64,000 nucleotides of DNA from an uncultured delta proteobacterium (GCA_963760795.1 CAVXEP010000030.1:128001-192000), one strand, 5' to 3'. Shown: positions 29,725-41,686, counted from the stretch's first letter. A program made the numbers and translations. Notes: generated by a model from the sequence alone, not told the origin.

Positions 29725-30090
29725 TTACTCCTTGTGCGTGTATCGATCCGGGTCGAGTTCAAAATTTCGTTTTCTTCGGATCGCTAGATCGATATCACGC
29801 TGTGGCACCTCTCTCTCTTTTACGAGTCCGTGCGCCAGTACGGCTGCGATCCGACCATGGAAGAAATATAGCATTCGATAATTCGTGGTTCTGAGTCGAA
29901 CCCGTAGTTCATAAATCCCATCTCGCAAAAAGTCGGCCTCTGGGCGCCGCAGTTCATGCCCCAAATCTCGCAACCGTTCGATTCGAACCAGACATTTGTC
30001 CTGAGCTTTCGTAGGCAGCGAGTCCAACCAGTCGAGCACCGGGATGACGTCCGGGTCGTCCTGATAAAAGATTACCGTTGTCCTTGGCAT
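29725..30090 (-). CDS. RelE/ParE family (Gp49-like) toxin
   Basis: PV.DWL..L....KC...I..L...G..L.RP....LRDGIYELR...YRMLYFF motif. Confidence 0.87.
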   Translation of the reverse strand: MPRTTVIFYQDDPDVIPVLDWLDSLPTKAQDKCLVRIERLRDLGHELRRPEADFLRDGIYELRVRLRTTNYRMLYFFHGRIAAVLAHGLVKEREVPQRDIDLAIRRKRNFELDPDRYTHKE

Positions 30091-30106
30091 GACCTCACAA
30101 AATCAT

Positions 30107-30124
30107 GTTCGCATTATTGCGAAC
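30107..30124. promoter_or_regulatory. Palindromic operator upstream of the RelE-HTH operon
   Basis: GTTCGCA-N4-TGCGAAC. Confidence 0.55.
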
Positions 30125-30198
30125 GACGGTCAATAGGCGGCGTGACGTCCATGGCCGCGGCGTTGAAACTATGATCGGCGAGGCCGGCGCAGTCCTGT

Positions 30199-30669
30199 TC
30201 AATTGGTCTTCGTCTGTTGATCGTTGTCGAGCAGCCCTGCGAGCGCAAGAATGACCAACGTGAAAACCGTGCCAAGCAACGCGACCCCGAGGCTTCCCAA
30301 TCCGACAGCGACGCCTATGGCGGCGGTCATCCATATGCCGGCCGCCGTGGTCAGGCCCTGGATTTCGCGCTCCTGGTCGAGCTTGAGGATGGCGCCGGCG
30401 CCGAGAAAGCCGATGCCGGTGACAATGCCCTGGACAACCCGCGAGACGCTATCAGATGACATGCCGACTCCGGAGCAAGCGAGGACGATCACCGCCGTGC
30501 CCAGACTCACCAGCATATGCGTGCGCACCCCTGCAGGTTTTCCGGCTTTCTCTCGTTGCATCCCGACGACCGCTCCCAGGACGCTAGCGGCAATCATTCG
30601 GATAAGCACATGCACCAGCTGCCTCACGTCAGGCAGGCCGGAAGTCAGCTCCTCCCAGAATATATCCAT
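30199..30669 (-). CDS. MgtC/SapB family protein
   Basis: G.QRE...KPAG.RTH.LV, GIVTGIGFLGAG and GLTTAA.IW motifs. Confidence 0.9.
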   Translation of the reverse strand: MDIFWEELTSGLPDVRQLVHVLIRMIAASVLGAVVGMQREKAGKPAGVRTHMLVSLGTAVIVLACSGVGMSSDSVSRVVQGIVTGIGFLGAGAILKLDQEREIQGLTTAAGIWMTAAIGVAVGLGSLGVALLGTVFTLVILALAGLLDNDQQTKTN

Positions 30670-30852
30670 TTGTTTCCTCTCAACTTACCGATCTAACTTA
30701 AACGGTATCAAAAGCGATGGCACCGACAAGCCGCACCGCTTAGATCTTTGCCGAACCGAAAAAATGCACTCGGAAAAAGACTAATAACTCAGTCAGCCCC
30801 TGCTATGTTCCTGTGGAAATATCTAAATGGATTGCTCAGCCCGAATTTGCCG

Positions 30853-32076
30853 TTAGGAGTTCTGCGTGCCCCGGTACAACTGCAAAGGAGCGAGCACCAG
30901 GCCGGCGATGAGCAGAAATATCCCCGCCAAGACGAAGGCGAATTTGATCCCCAACCCGCCAATCAAGTAGCCGGTGATCATCGGCGCGGGAATGACCACG
31001 AGCTGGGTGATCAGCGAGGTCAGCCCGTAGGTGGCTGCCTGGACGTTGGAGCCGGCGACGTCCATGACCGCGGCATTGAAAATATTGAACAGCGTGTAGA
31101 AAAAAAGCCCGATGGCGACGATCACCAGACCGAGGGGAATGCCCGGCGGCGCCACCGCCAGGAGGGCGAAAAATAATCCGAGCAGGAGACATGATGGCAG
31201 CAGCACGGCCTTGCGTCCGAAGCGGTCCGAAAGCACGCCCAAAACCGGTTGCGAGATGGTCCCCATCACGTGCAGCAGGGCGATGTAAATTCCCAGCGAG
31301 ACGCTCGAGTAGTGCAAATCCTCCTGCAGGTAGATCGGCAGAAAAGTCAGGATGATCAGCCGCGACATCGAAAGCAGGCCGGTCGCAACCGCCAACCCTA
31401 AAAATGCCGTATTCTTGATGACGGCGGCGACGTCGCGAAATTGCGCTGACACCCGCTGGCGCGGCGCGGCGCTGTCGCTGAATACACCAGCCAGGGCGCG
31501 CCAGAGCAGAAAGGCGAACAGCAGGCCGGGCAGCAGTTGCACCTGCGTCGCCGTCTGCCAGGAAAAATTTGCCAACAACACGCCGACCAACAGCGGCGTT
31601 ATCGTGTCGCTGAGAGTTGCGCCGGTGCCGTTAATGGACAGCGCGGTGGCGCGCTGCTCCGGGAAGCGGTTCGACAACGATGCCGCGGCGGTGGGATGCC
31701 ACATCGCCGTGCCCATGCCGATCAGCGCCGAGCCGAGCAGGGCCCAGATAAACGCCGGCATCGCCAGAAGAAAATAGGCCGCGCCCATGGAGACCAGTGC
31801 CGATGCGAGGATCCCGCCGCGATAGCGCACCATGGCATCGGCAACCATGCCGAAGGGCAACTGGCCGAGACCAACCATGACTTGTTGGGCCGAAGTCAGA
31901 GCGCCGACTTCGACGTTGGTCAGATTCAATCCCGACTTGATCGCCGGCAAAATCACCGGATAGAACTGCTGGAACCAGTGAATGACAAAATGGCCGGCGG
32001 TGAGAACCCCGAGGAGCCAGATGCGTTCCTTACCCAGTGCGCGGATCGCCGTCAGAAAGTGTCGTGCGCTATTCAT
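30853..32076 (-). CDS. MFS transporter (Fsr-like)
   Basis: Multi-TM hydrophobic pattern with LSDRFGRK and WHP motifs. Confidence 0.88.
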   Translation of the reverse strand: MNSARHFLTAIRALGKERIWLLGVLTAGHFVIHWFQQFYPVILPAIKSGLNLTNVEVGALTSAQQVMVGLGQLPFGMVADAMVRYRGGILASALVSMGAAYFLLAMPAFIWALLGSALIGMGTAMWHPTAAASLSNRFPEQRATALSINGTGATLSDTITPLLVGVLLANFSWQTATQVQLLPGLLFAFLLWRALAGVFSDSAAPRQRVSAQFRDVAAVIKNTAFLGLAVATGLLSMSRLIILTFLPIYLQEDLHYSSVSLGIYIALLHVMGTISQPVLGVLSDRFGRKAVLLPSCLLLGLFFALLAVAPPGIPLGLVIVAIGLFFYTLFNIFNAAVMDVAGSNVQAATYGLTSLITQLVVIPAPMITGYLIGGLGIKFAFVLAGIFLLIAGLVLAPLQLYRGTQNS

Positions 32077-32256
32077 GCTGCAACATCCGCGCTGTGCGAT
32101 TTATCGCAGCAGAGCCAACAGTGCCAATAGGTTCAGGTCTTTACAGGCTGTTGAAAAACCCAACTCCGGGCTGGAGACGCTCAGCCTGAACGAAAAATCC
32201 GCAATGATTTCAGCAGTGGTCTAGTTCGTCCTGCGACTCCCGATAAGCCATAGGAT

Positions 32257-32544
32257 CTAACTCGCTTTCCGCTCTTCGGCGATCTTTTCCGCCAAGTAAA
32301 CCTTAATGAGCGACTGATAAGGAATATCCTTTTTATTGGCCAGGACCTTGAGTTGATTGAGCATCTCGCGCGGCAATCGAAGCGAAATAGATTTCACCGG
32401 AGCTTCGATGCCACGATCAAATTCAATTTCGACCCGGCTCGACTTGGAAAAATCGAAGTAGTCCGTGGTGTCATGGGTGCGCCAAAATTCCCGCTCGTCC
32501 TGCTCGTTTCTGAACTTCGGCACCGGTTTAATTTTCTTTTTCAT
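32257..32544 (-). CDS. CopG/BrnA-like antitoxin
   Basis: PKF..E..EREFW.THD..DY...ISLRLP...L..LK..A....IPYQSLIK motif. Confidence 0.85.
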   Translation of the reverse strand: MKKKIKPVPKFRNEQDEREFWRTHDTTDYFDFSKSSRVEIEFDRGIEAPVKSISLRLPREMLNQLKVLANKKDIPYQSLIKVYLAEKIAEERKAS

Positions 32545-32914
32545 ACACTTGCCTCTCGTTTCTGCTCATCGGGCGCGCGCTGATCACGCGAATCCGGTTC
32601 GCAGGACCGGTAAACGTCGCGCGTGACCAGACGGATCCAGACGTTGGTGTCAACGGCACGACATGCTTCTTCTTCATGTAACGCCGCACGCCTTTGTCGA
32701 ACTCTTCGACTATCTTCGAAGATGGTATCTCTTTCGGAAATATCGCGCGATGTATGTCTTCCGACGTGTACCGGCCGGCTTTGCTTACTACCACGGCGTC
32801 GCCTTCCTCCTCCCATTCCAGCACCGAGCCCGGCCCGATACCGAGTTTACGTCGCACTTCCACCGGAACGGAAATCTGTCCCTGAGCCGTAACTTTTGAT
32901 TGCGCCAATACCAT
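32528..32914 (-). pseudogene. AbrB/MazE antitoxin fused, via a deletion, to a PIN-toxin 5' stub and a BrnT 3' stub
   Basis: SKVTAQGQISVP..VR..LGI.PG (AbrB). Overlapping frame RAVDTNVWIRLVTRD (PIN start). Then FT...IRVISARPMSR.ER..YE (BrnT end). Confidence 0.75.
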
Positions 32915-33056
32915 TTCTTTAAATTACCACGGTACTTGATTCACGGCCAATCCATGCGGCCCGTGCGCAATGGCGCGTCTTACTTCGATGGCGTTGGCTC
33001 ATCTGAAAGTTCGACGAGTAACGCGAGATCGTCGCGTTGACTCGAAACTGCCTGGC

Positions 33057-33446
33057 CTAACGTCCTTGGGCTCGCACGCCGGCGCGCCCTGCCACGACGA
33101 AGGCGACAGTCATAAGCAGATGAATCACCAGGAACAGCTTCATTGCCCCGCGTCCGCCGCCACTGAACACCGCCCATATATCCATGGCAGTTACGCCACC
33201 GAAGCCGACGATATTGGCAAGGACAATGGCGTTGCGCGCCGCCGAAGGCTCCACATTCCGAGCCAACCAGTTCAAAACTGCAATTCCAAGACAGGGACCG
33301 CCGAAAATCCGCAGGTAGGCGATCAGTGCGGGGGAGGCATCCGCTGGAACGGCATCGATACCTATCTGCCGCGGGGCAAACATGAACCCGACGCCAAGGA
33401 TGGCCAGATAAATCGCTGAGACTGTTAGCACTAACTTGAGCTTCAT
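33057..33446 (-). CDS. Small 4-TM membrane protein
   Basis: 129 aa, four hydrophobic segments, AGGAGG RBS. Confidence 0.75.
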   Translation of the reverse strand: MKLKLVLTVSAIYLAILGVGFMFAPRQIGIDAVPADASPALIAYLRIFGGPCLGIAVLNWLARNVEPSAARNAIVLANIVGFGGVTAMDIWAVFSGGGRGAMKLFLVIHLLMTVAFVVAGRAGVRAQGR

Positions 33447-33671
33447 GCGCTAGCCTCCTGTCTGAAGATGTTTGGCGCAACCGTACAATTTAATGATGTG
33501 GAACGGTTACTCCGCTTGCTCATATCAGTTTAAAAGAATTATTCGGCTTTACCTAGGCAGGCCGGCAAAAACGCTGCGAAGCGGAAATCGTCTCACGCCT
33601 TCTCCTTCGATCATGCAACGCTTTGGCTGCGCGGCTTGGAGTTTCGCGGCGATCCTTGCTACAAACATGGG

Positions 33672-34961
33672 ATGCCCGTCGCTCCTCTGCTCGAACAACC
33701 GGCGAAAAGAAAGTCTCTCTATTACGGCTGGGTTATCGTCGTCGTCGGCTTTCTCGCCCACATCGCTTCGGCATTTTCGATCTCCAGCACGCTGAGCGTA
33801 TTTCTCAAACCGTTGTCCGCCGACCTCGGCATTTCCCGCGGAATGTTCTCGCTCATCCGTTCCGGCGAGATTCTCATCGGCGCGGCGGCGGCGCCCGTGG
33901 TCGGCACGCTGATGGACCGCTACGGCGGACGCTGGCTGATGGCGGCCGGCGGTTTGATTTCCGGCGCCGGCTTTATCTGCCTCGGTCAAGCGCAGGGTTT
34001 CATCCAGTTCATGCTGGTGCGTTGGCTGCTCATCAGTCCGGGCGATTCGCTCATGGGCTCCATGGTGGTCAACGTTTCGATCTCGCGCTGGTTCGTGCGC
34101 ATGCGCGGCCGCGCCCTGGCCATCGCCGGCATGGGCCATGGCTTGGCCAAAGTCTGCATGCCGGTGGCGGCGGCGACCTTGATGCTTTACGTCGGCTGGC
34201 GCGGCGCCTGGGTGGTCTTCGGCGTTTTCGCCCTGCTGTTGGTGGTCGCGCCGGCCTTGCTGTTCATGCGCCGCTCGCCGGAAGAAATGGGATTGCTGCC
34301 CGACGGCGGACCGGTGGAGGTAAAAGCGCAAGTCGCAACGCCAAAAAAGCCGCGCTACGCCAAGCGCACCGGCGCCGACGATGTCGAGTGGAGCCGGGGC
34401 GAAGCGCTGCGCACGCCGGTCTTCTGGCTCATCGCCAGCACTTTCGGCGTCGCCCAGATCGGCGTCACCGGACTCAATCTCCATGTGTTTTCTTATGTCA
34501 CCGATCAAGGCCATCCGATATTGGTGGCCGCCTCGGTGATGAGCATCATCGCGATCATGCAGTTCAGCACGCCGATCGTCTGGGGCATGCTCGCCGACCG
34601 CATGGATAACGGCATTCTCAATATGGCCAAATGCGCGCTGCAAGGCGCCGGCCTGTTGGTGGCGCTGCTACTGCCCGGAATGCTGCCGCTCTATGCCGGC
34701 TTTTTTATCTACGGCATCGGCATGGGCGGCACGGCGGTGCTGGCGGAAACCATTTGGGCCGACTTTTTCGGCCGCGCCTCGCTGGGAAAAATTCGCGGCA
34801 TGGGCTCACTGGTGACCAGCATCTTCTCCGCCTGCGGTCCGCCGTTCTTCGGCCTGCTCTTCGACTACACCCGGAGCTACCACCTGTCCTTCAGCATCTT
34901 TATCGCCATGCTGTTCACCGCCGCCGTGCTCAGTTTGTGCCTGCGGCCGCCGACAAAATGA
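33672..34961 (+). CDS. MFS transporter (OFA/MCT-like)
   Basis: YYGWVIV, DRYGGR, ISRWF..RGRA and DFFGR..LG.I.G motifs. Confidence 0.88.
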   Translation: MPVAPLLEQPAKRKSLYYGWVIVVVGFLAHIASAFSISSTLSVFLKPLSADLGISRGMFSLIRSGEILIGAAAAPVVGTLMDRYGGRWLMAAGGLISGAGFICLGQAQGFIQFMLVRWLLISPGDSLMGSMVVNVSISRWFVRMRGRALAIAGMGHGLAKVCMPVAAATLMLYVGWRGAWVVFGVFALLLVVAPALLFMRRSPEEMGLLPDGGPVEVKAQVATPKKPRYAKRTGADDVEWSRGEALRTPVFWLIASTFGVAQIGVTGLNLHVFSYVTDQGHPILVAASVMSIIAIMQFSTPIVWGMLADRMDNGILNMAKCALQGAGLLVALLLPGMLPLYAGFFIYGIGMGGTAVLAETIWADFFGRASLGKIRGMGSLVTSIFSACGPPFFGLLFDYTRSYHLSFSIFIAMLFTAAVLSLCLRPPTK

Positions 34962-35199
34962 CCTGACCTGGGTGCGCAAGTGAAAGCACCGGAAATCCGG
35001 CCGACATCGTCACGCGTTGGCGACATCGGGCGCGATGGTTTCGCGGATCAGAATTGAGTCAATCCGCAAAAGAGTCCGGGCCGCATGGGACCAGCTCGTG
35101 TAATCACACATTTGTCGCCACGCAAGACGCGACCCTATTAATTTATATGCTTTCGGCCAAGAGCTGACATAACTACGACAAACCTACGCCTGCGGCATT

Positions 35200-35271
35200 A
35201 GGGTCAAATCTTTATTCTTGATTCTGGTGGGGATGGAAGACAGCTTGCACCATAGGTAAAGATTTGAACCT
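35200..35271. repeat. REP-like inverted repeat
   Basis: AGGGTCAAATCTTTA ... TAAAGATTTGAACCT. Confidence 0.6.
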
Positions 35272-35462
35272 GTTAGCTGCTATGAGCTGAATCTGTGCGG
35301 ATTTCTGATAGAAGCAACTCGCAGCCATTGCTCGTCGTCTTCGTTCCATCGTGATCGTGTTCGTGAGCTGCGTTTGTCGATGTGAATTCGCAATACGGTT
35401 GCGTCGCTACTTTTGCGATTTTTACCGAAGGCGTAAGCCTTATGCGAACTGGAGCCGATAGG

Positions 35463-36251
35463 CTAGTCGGGCCAGCGCGGGGTCGTCAGCTCGATCCGCC
35501 AGATCGGCCCCGTCGGGTATAGCGGACCCTCAAACCTGACGAACGCCGGCACTCCTTCAGTTATGATCCACGCGTGATTGTCAGGCGGCATGCGCCCGAG
35601 CAGCGTAGCGAAGAGCTTGACCCACATCCCGAGAATCGGCTTGAACACGAAGTGGGTTGCGCTTTTCGCCAAGTCGCCGATCATCACTTTCTTATCGCCC
35701 GCCGGTGTAAGCTCCAGCTGGATGAGCCGGGGCGCGGGTGTGAAGGCGACGAAGTGGACGGTCTCGCTGGCTCCTTTGGCAAGGTTCTTCGCCGCGGTAA
35801 GGACCATGCCATTATAAACGTCTGGGGGCAGATCGAGCTTGCCGTCGAGCACTTCCTCTCGGCCGTCTTTGCGGGACTTGGTTTTTACGCGGTACTTGCC
35901 GGAGACTCGATCCAGCGAGATTTCCGTGTCCTCGGTGAATGCTGGGCCGCGCTGCAGCAGCCGATAGCTCTGCATGGTAAAGACTCGTTCCTGGGTGAAC
36001 ACCACGGTCTCGTCGAATACCGACCCGTCCTTGAAGTGGAACAGCATGCGACTCTCAACCTCTCCGCCCCGGCGCGTCTGGAGGAGATCGCCCGACGCAA
36101 TGACGGCGCCGTCGACCGTACGCAGCACAATGAAACCGTGCACCGAGCCCTCGACGAATCGCACTCCGACCGGGGCCGCCGCGGCCGGACGCGGCGGCAA
36201 CACCGCCGCCACGAGAGCCAGCAAGCAGAGCACCGCCCTCATGAACGACAT
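35463..36251 (-). CDS. Secreted hypothetical protein (beta-rich)
   Basis: Signal peptide (LLALVAAVLPPRPAAA), high-GC codon usage. Confidence 0.75.
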   Translation of the reverse strand: MSFMRAVLCLLALVAAVLPPRPAAAAPVGVRFVEGSVHGFIVLRTVDGAVIASGDLLQTRRGGEVESRMLFHFKDGSVFDETVVFTQERVFTMQSYRLLQRGPAFTEDTEISLDRVSGKYRVKTKSRKDGREEVLDGKLDLPPDVYNGMVLTAAKNLAKGASETVHFVAFTPAPRLIQLELTPAGDKKVMIGDLAKSATHFVFKPILGMWVKLFATLLGRMPPDNHAWIITEGVPAFVRFEGPLYPTGPIWRIELTTPRWPD

Positions 36252-36519
36252 GACGGTGGAATCGGAAATATGTGCCCTTGTGTCCAATGTAGTAGGCAAA
36301 ATTAAACTGCTTGCAACGAACCGTATAGCCGGGGTTTACCCGTCATAGGGGCGGCACTTACACTGCACGCTTGCATCCGCGCGCTCGAATCATTCTCACT
36401 AGTTCGTTAATAGTCGAGTCGTCGGCATGACGACAGCGCAGATAATAGCACAGACAACATGGTCAGGTCTTGCATTGATACATTTTGCGCGTCTTCGTTT
36501 CGATGACTCGACGACTGAG

Positions 36520-36627
36520 CTTATTGGAGCAGATCTTTAAATCTCCTCATGCTGAAACTAGTGATATCGATCCGGCTTTTGCCGTCGATCACTTGCTCCG
36601 CAAGCGCCTCGCCAATCGCCGTCCGCT
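36520..36627 (-). pseudogene. Orphan 3' remnant of a FAD-dependent (DAO/sarcosine oxidase-like) oxidoreductase
   Basis: Reads AIGEALAEQVIDGKSRIDITSFSMRRFKDLLQ*. Confidence 0.55.
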
Positions 36628-36649
36628 AAAATCGATTGATTCATATATA

Positions 36650-38488
36650 GGTTCTGCTGAAAAACCCCCTCAAGTTTTTTGTTTGTTCAGTTAAATCTAC
36701 GTTGACAAGCGACGATATCGCCTTCATCGTTTTCTCATGAGCGTAAGAGCCGTCGCTGCACAGAGAAGCTTTTATCATACCGACTATCTTGCTGGAGATC
36801 TTTTCGGTCCAGCCAATCGCTACCGGTTGTTTCGGGAAAAGATCTGGCCCAAGCTTTTAGAGCTTTCCCCGAAACTTGAAGCGTTGTATTGCGCCGAGAA
36901 CGGCCGGCCGGGGATCGATCCGGTGCTACTTTGCGGAGTGACGCTGCTCCAGTTCATGGAGAAAGCAGCAGATCGCTCGGCCACCGAGCGCGTGGTGTAT
37001 CATCTGGGTTGGAAGTACGCCTTAGATCTGGAACTGGATTACGCCGGGTTTCATGCCACGGTGTTAGTTTATTTTCGCGACCGGTTGGAAGACAACAAAG
37101 TCGAGCGGATGATCTTTGACGGGATAGTTAAGTTGCTGGTGGAGCTGGGATTGGTGAAGAGAAAGGGCAAGCAGCGGCTCGATAGCACGCATATCGTGGG
37201 GTACGTCAAGGCGATGAGCTTGTTGGAGTGCGCGATAGAGACGCTGCGCTTGGCGTTGGAGGATTTGAAAGTAAAAGTGGGGAGGAAAAAGCAGCCAGAA
37301 TTTTGGGACAGGTTGTGGGAACTGTATGTAGAGAGCAAACTGGATTGGCGGCTAAACAAGACCGAGCGCGACCGCCGCTATCGGCAGTGTGGGCAAGACA
37401 TGAGAGAGCTGCTGGAGTGGCTAGACGGAAACGATCCTAAGCTCGCTGGACGTGAAGCAGTGAAACTATTGCGGCGAGTCTTTGGCGAGCAGTTTGAGAT
37501 GGTCGACGGAAAGCTTGAGCTCGCCCCCAAGCGACCGCCTCGCGCGGTGCAGAACCCCCATGATTCCGATGCGCATTATGCCGATAAGAGGAGCAAGCAA
37601 TGGATCGGCTACAAGGTGCATGTAACCGAGACTGTCGATCCTCAACAACCGATCAAGAAAAAGGGCGAGCCCACCGACCATTTCATCACCGAGATGCTGA
37701 CCGTCGAAGCGGCCCAGGACGAGAAGGCTGGCTTGACCGAGACGCTCACAAGAGAACAAGCGCACCATGAGATCGAACCCCGGGCGATCTACACCGATGC
37801 AGGTTATGTGACCGAGCACACCTTAACGCAGGCGGAACAAAACGGCATGGAGTTATTAGGACCGACGCGTCCCGATCCTCACAAGGGACCCTACAATAGC
37901 GATGCGTTCCATGTCGATATCAACGAGCGCCAGGCGGTTTGTCCTCAGGGCAAGCTCAGCACGCAGTGCAGCCGCATCAAAGATAACTATATGGGAACCG
38001 AGTACTATCGCATCGAGTGGGGCAATCAATGCAATAGCTGTCCGGTACAAAAGCAATGTACGCGGTCCAAGAGTGGACGGAGAACTTTGGTCGTTGGACT
38101 GCGCCATGATCTGGTCGAGCAGCGGCGCAGAGAAATGAAACAGAAAGGTTTCTCCAAATCCATGCATCCGAGAAACGGGATTGAGGGAACCCACAGCGAG
38201 TTGGTGCGTGGGCACGCGATGAGACGGACGAAATATCGGGGCTTAAGCCGGGTCGGTTTATCGAATTACTTCATAGGTGCAGCTTGCAACGTAAAACGAT
38301 ATCTAAATCTACTCGCGTTTCAGATGAGAACGCCGCCTCTGAGCCCCGCTTAAGGGCGGAGCGCAGCTCATTTTCCTGGCTATGGCTTCGTTGAGGGTGA
38401 AACTTTCTCTGGCGTAACATTATTTGGCGATGACCACTGTTTACTAGCGGCGGTCGCGAATCAAATTCAGGGGTTTTTCAGCAGAACC
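36650..38488 (+). mobile_element. IS1182-family element, copy 2, intact
   Basis: IRs GGTTCTGCTGAAAAACCCC / GGGGTTTTTCAGCAGAACC with TATATA on both flanks (4-6 bp target duplication). Confidence 0.93.
36737..38353 (+). CDS. IS1182-family transposase
   Basis: GRPGIDP (DUF772-like), LDST, YTDAGY, CxxCP...C and R..IEG motifs. Confidence 0.92.
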   Translation: MSVRAVAAQRSFYHTDYLAGDLFGPANRYRLFREKIWPKLLELSPKLEALYCAENGRPGIDPVLLCGVTLLQFMEKAADRSATERVVYHLGWKYALDLELDYAGFHATVLVYFRDRLEDNKVERMIFDGIVKLLVELGLVKRKGKQRLDSTHIVGYVKAMSLLECAIETLRLALEDLKVKVGRKKQPEFWDRLWELYVESKLDWRLNKTERDRRYRQCGQDMRELLEWLDGNDPKLAGREAVKLLRRVFGEQFEMVDGKLELAPKRPPRAVQNPHDSDAHYADKRSKQWIGYKVHVTETVDPQQPIKKKGEPTDHFITEMLTVEAAQDEKAGLTETLTREQAHHEIEPRAIYTDAGYVTEHTLTQAEQNGMELLGPTRPDPHKGPYNSDAFHVDINERQAVCPQGKLSTQCSRIKDNYMGTEYYRIEWGNQCNSCPVQKQCTRSKSGRRTLVVGLRHDLVEQRRREMKQKGFSKSMHPRNGIEGTHSELVRGHAMRRTKYRGLSRVGLSNYFIGAACNVKRYLNLLAFQMRTPPLSPA

Positions 38489-38709
38489 TATATACAAGCC
38501 TGACCTTTATGTTTGGGCTCATGAGTTCGGTCACACTACGTTTTCAACGTTAGCAGCGAGAAGGCGATGAGATCGCTGGAGTGTTCGCGCTCATATATCC
38601 ATGCGAAATCTACCTACTATTCGCAGGCCGCAACTGCTACATTTTCCTTATAGGAATAAAGAGACGAGCGACTGCTTTGATTAAACGAGTCCAACAAAGG
38701 AATACGGAA

Positions 38710-40331
<1,622 letters not shown>

Positions 40332-40478
40332 CCAGTGGTTTGGGAGAGTAGTGCAGGGAAAAAGGGACGGGGAGTTTTTTCTTTCGTATAAGGCGACAGC
40401 TCGCAAATTCCAAACCCTGAGATCGGAAACGGACGGTCCTTTTTAGGATACGGGCATTTCTTATAGGAACATAAACCC

Positions 40479-41537
40479 ATGTACAACACGAAAGCTTATT
40501 CCGCTGCCAGTGCGACATCGCCGCTGGCATTGACCACAATCGGGCGGCGCGATCCGAACGAACATGATGTGCAGATCGAAATCCTTTTCTGCGGCATCTG
40601 CCACTCCGACATCCACCAGGTCCGTAATGAGTGGAGCAGCGTGATGCCCACTGTCTACCCGATTGTCCCCGGCCATGAGATCGTCGGCCGTGTCACCAAG
40701 GTCGGCGCAGCGGTTACCAAGTTCAAATCGGGCGACCGCGCCGCGGTCGGCTGCCTTGTGGACTCGGACGGGACTTGCCCGCAGTGCAAAGCTGACCTTG
40801 AGCAGTTCTGTCCGAACCAGACGCTCACCTTCAACGCCCCGGACAAGCACCTCGGAGGCGTCACCTACGGCGGCTACTCCGAAGGCATCGTCGTCGATGA
40901 ACGCTTCGTGCTGCGCGTCCCCTCCAACCTCGATCCCGCCGGAGCCGCGCCGCTCCTCTGCGCCGGCATCACGACATACTCGCCCATGAGGCACTGGGGT
41001 GTCACCAAGGGCACGAAAGTCGGTGTCGTCGGTCTCGGCGGCCTGGGCCACATGGGCGTGAAACTTGCTCATGCCTTCGGAGCTCATGTCGCTGTCTTCA
41101 CGACTTCGCCTGGCAAGCAGGAAGACGCGCTCCGACTCGGTGCCAATGAGGTCATCGTCTCCCGCAACACCGACGAAATGCAGAAGCACGCCGGCAGTTT
41201 TGATTTCATTCTCGACACCGTCTCGGCCGAGCACGACATCAACGCCTACATCCACCTGCTGCGCCTCGACGGCAACATCACGCTAGTCGGCGCTCCAGAA
41301 AAGCCGCTGGGCGTCTCCTCCTTCGCGCTGATCATGGGGCGCCGCAGTCTCTCCGGCTCGAACATCGGCGGCCTCGCCGAAACCCAGGAGATGCTCGACT
41401 TTTGCGGGGAGCATAACATCACCGCCGATGTCGAAGTCATCCCCATCCAGAAGGTCAACGAAGCCTACGAGAGACTGCTCAAGTCCGATGTGAAGTACCG
41501 CTTCTCCATCGATATGGCTTCGCTCAGGTCCGAGTGA
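40479..41537 (+). CDS. Zn-dependent NAD(P)H alcohol/aldehyde dehydrogenase (YahK/CAD-like)
   Basis: CGICHSD, PGHE, APLLCAGIT and GLGGLG motifs. Confidence 0.92.
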   Translation: MYNTKAYSAASATSPLALTTIGRRDPNEHDVQIEILFCGICHSDIHQVRNEWSSVMPTVYPIVPGHEIVGRVTKVGAAVTKFKSGDRAAVGCLVDSDGTCPQCKADLEQFCPNQTLTFNAPDKHLGGVTYGGYSEGIVVDERFVLRVPSNLDPAGAAPLLCAGITTYSPMRHWGVTKGTKVGVVGLGGLGHMGVKLAHAFGAHVAVFTTSPGKQEDALRLGANEVIVSRNTDEMQKHAGSFDFILDTVSAEHDINAYIHLLRLDGNITLVGAPEKPLGVSSFALIMGRRSLSGSNIGGLAETQEMLDFCGEHNITADVEVIPIQKVNEAYERLLKSDVKYRFSIDMASLRSE

Positions 41538-41559
41538 CCCGCGCGACGCGTGAAAGGAC

Positions 41560-41686
41560 AACCAAGTCAGAAGCGAAAAACTTGGACTCGTCCGAGGATC
41601 TGCGTGAGACAATAGCGCGGCGGCAAAGATCACGATTGCAGGGGCGCGGTACCCCCGAGGCCCTGGAGAAGAGGACCGGTCTCTGA
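41560..41686 (+). pseudogene. Internally deleted aldo/keto reductase remnant
   Basis: KRK.LG-like start joined to EDLRE..AAAKIT..GARYPEALEKRTGL* across frameshifts. Confidence 0.55.
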
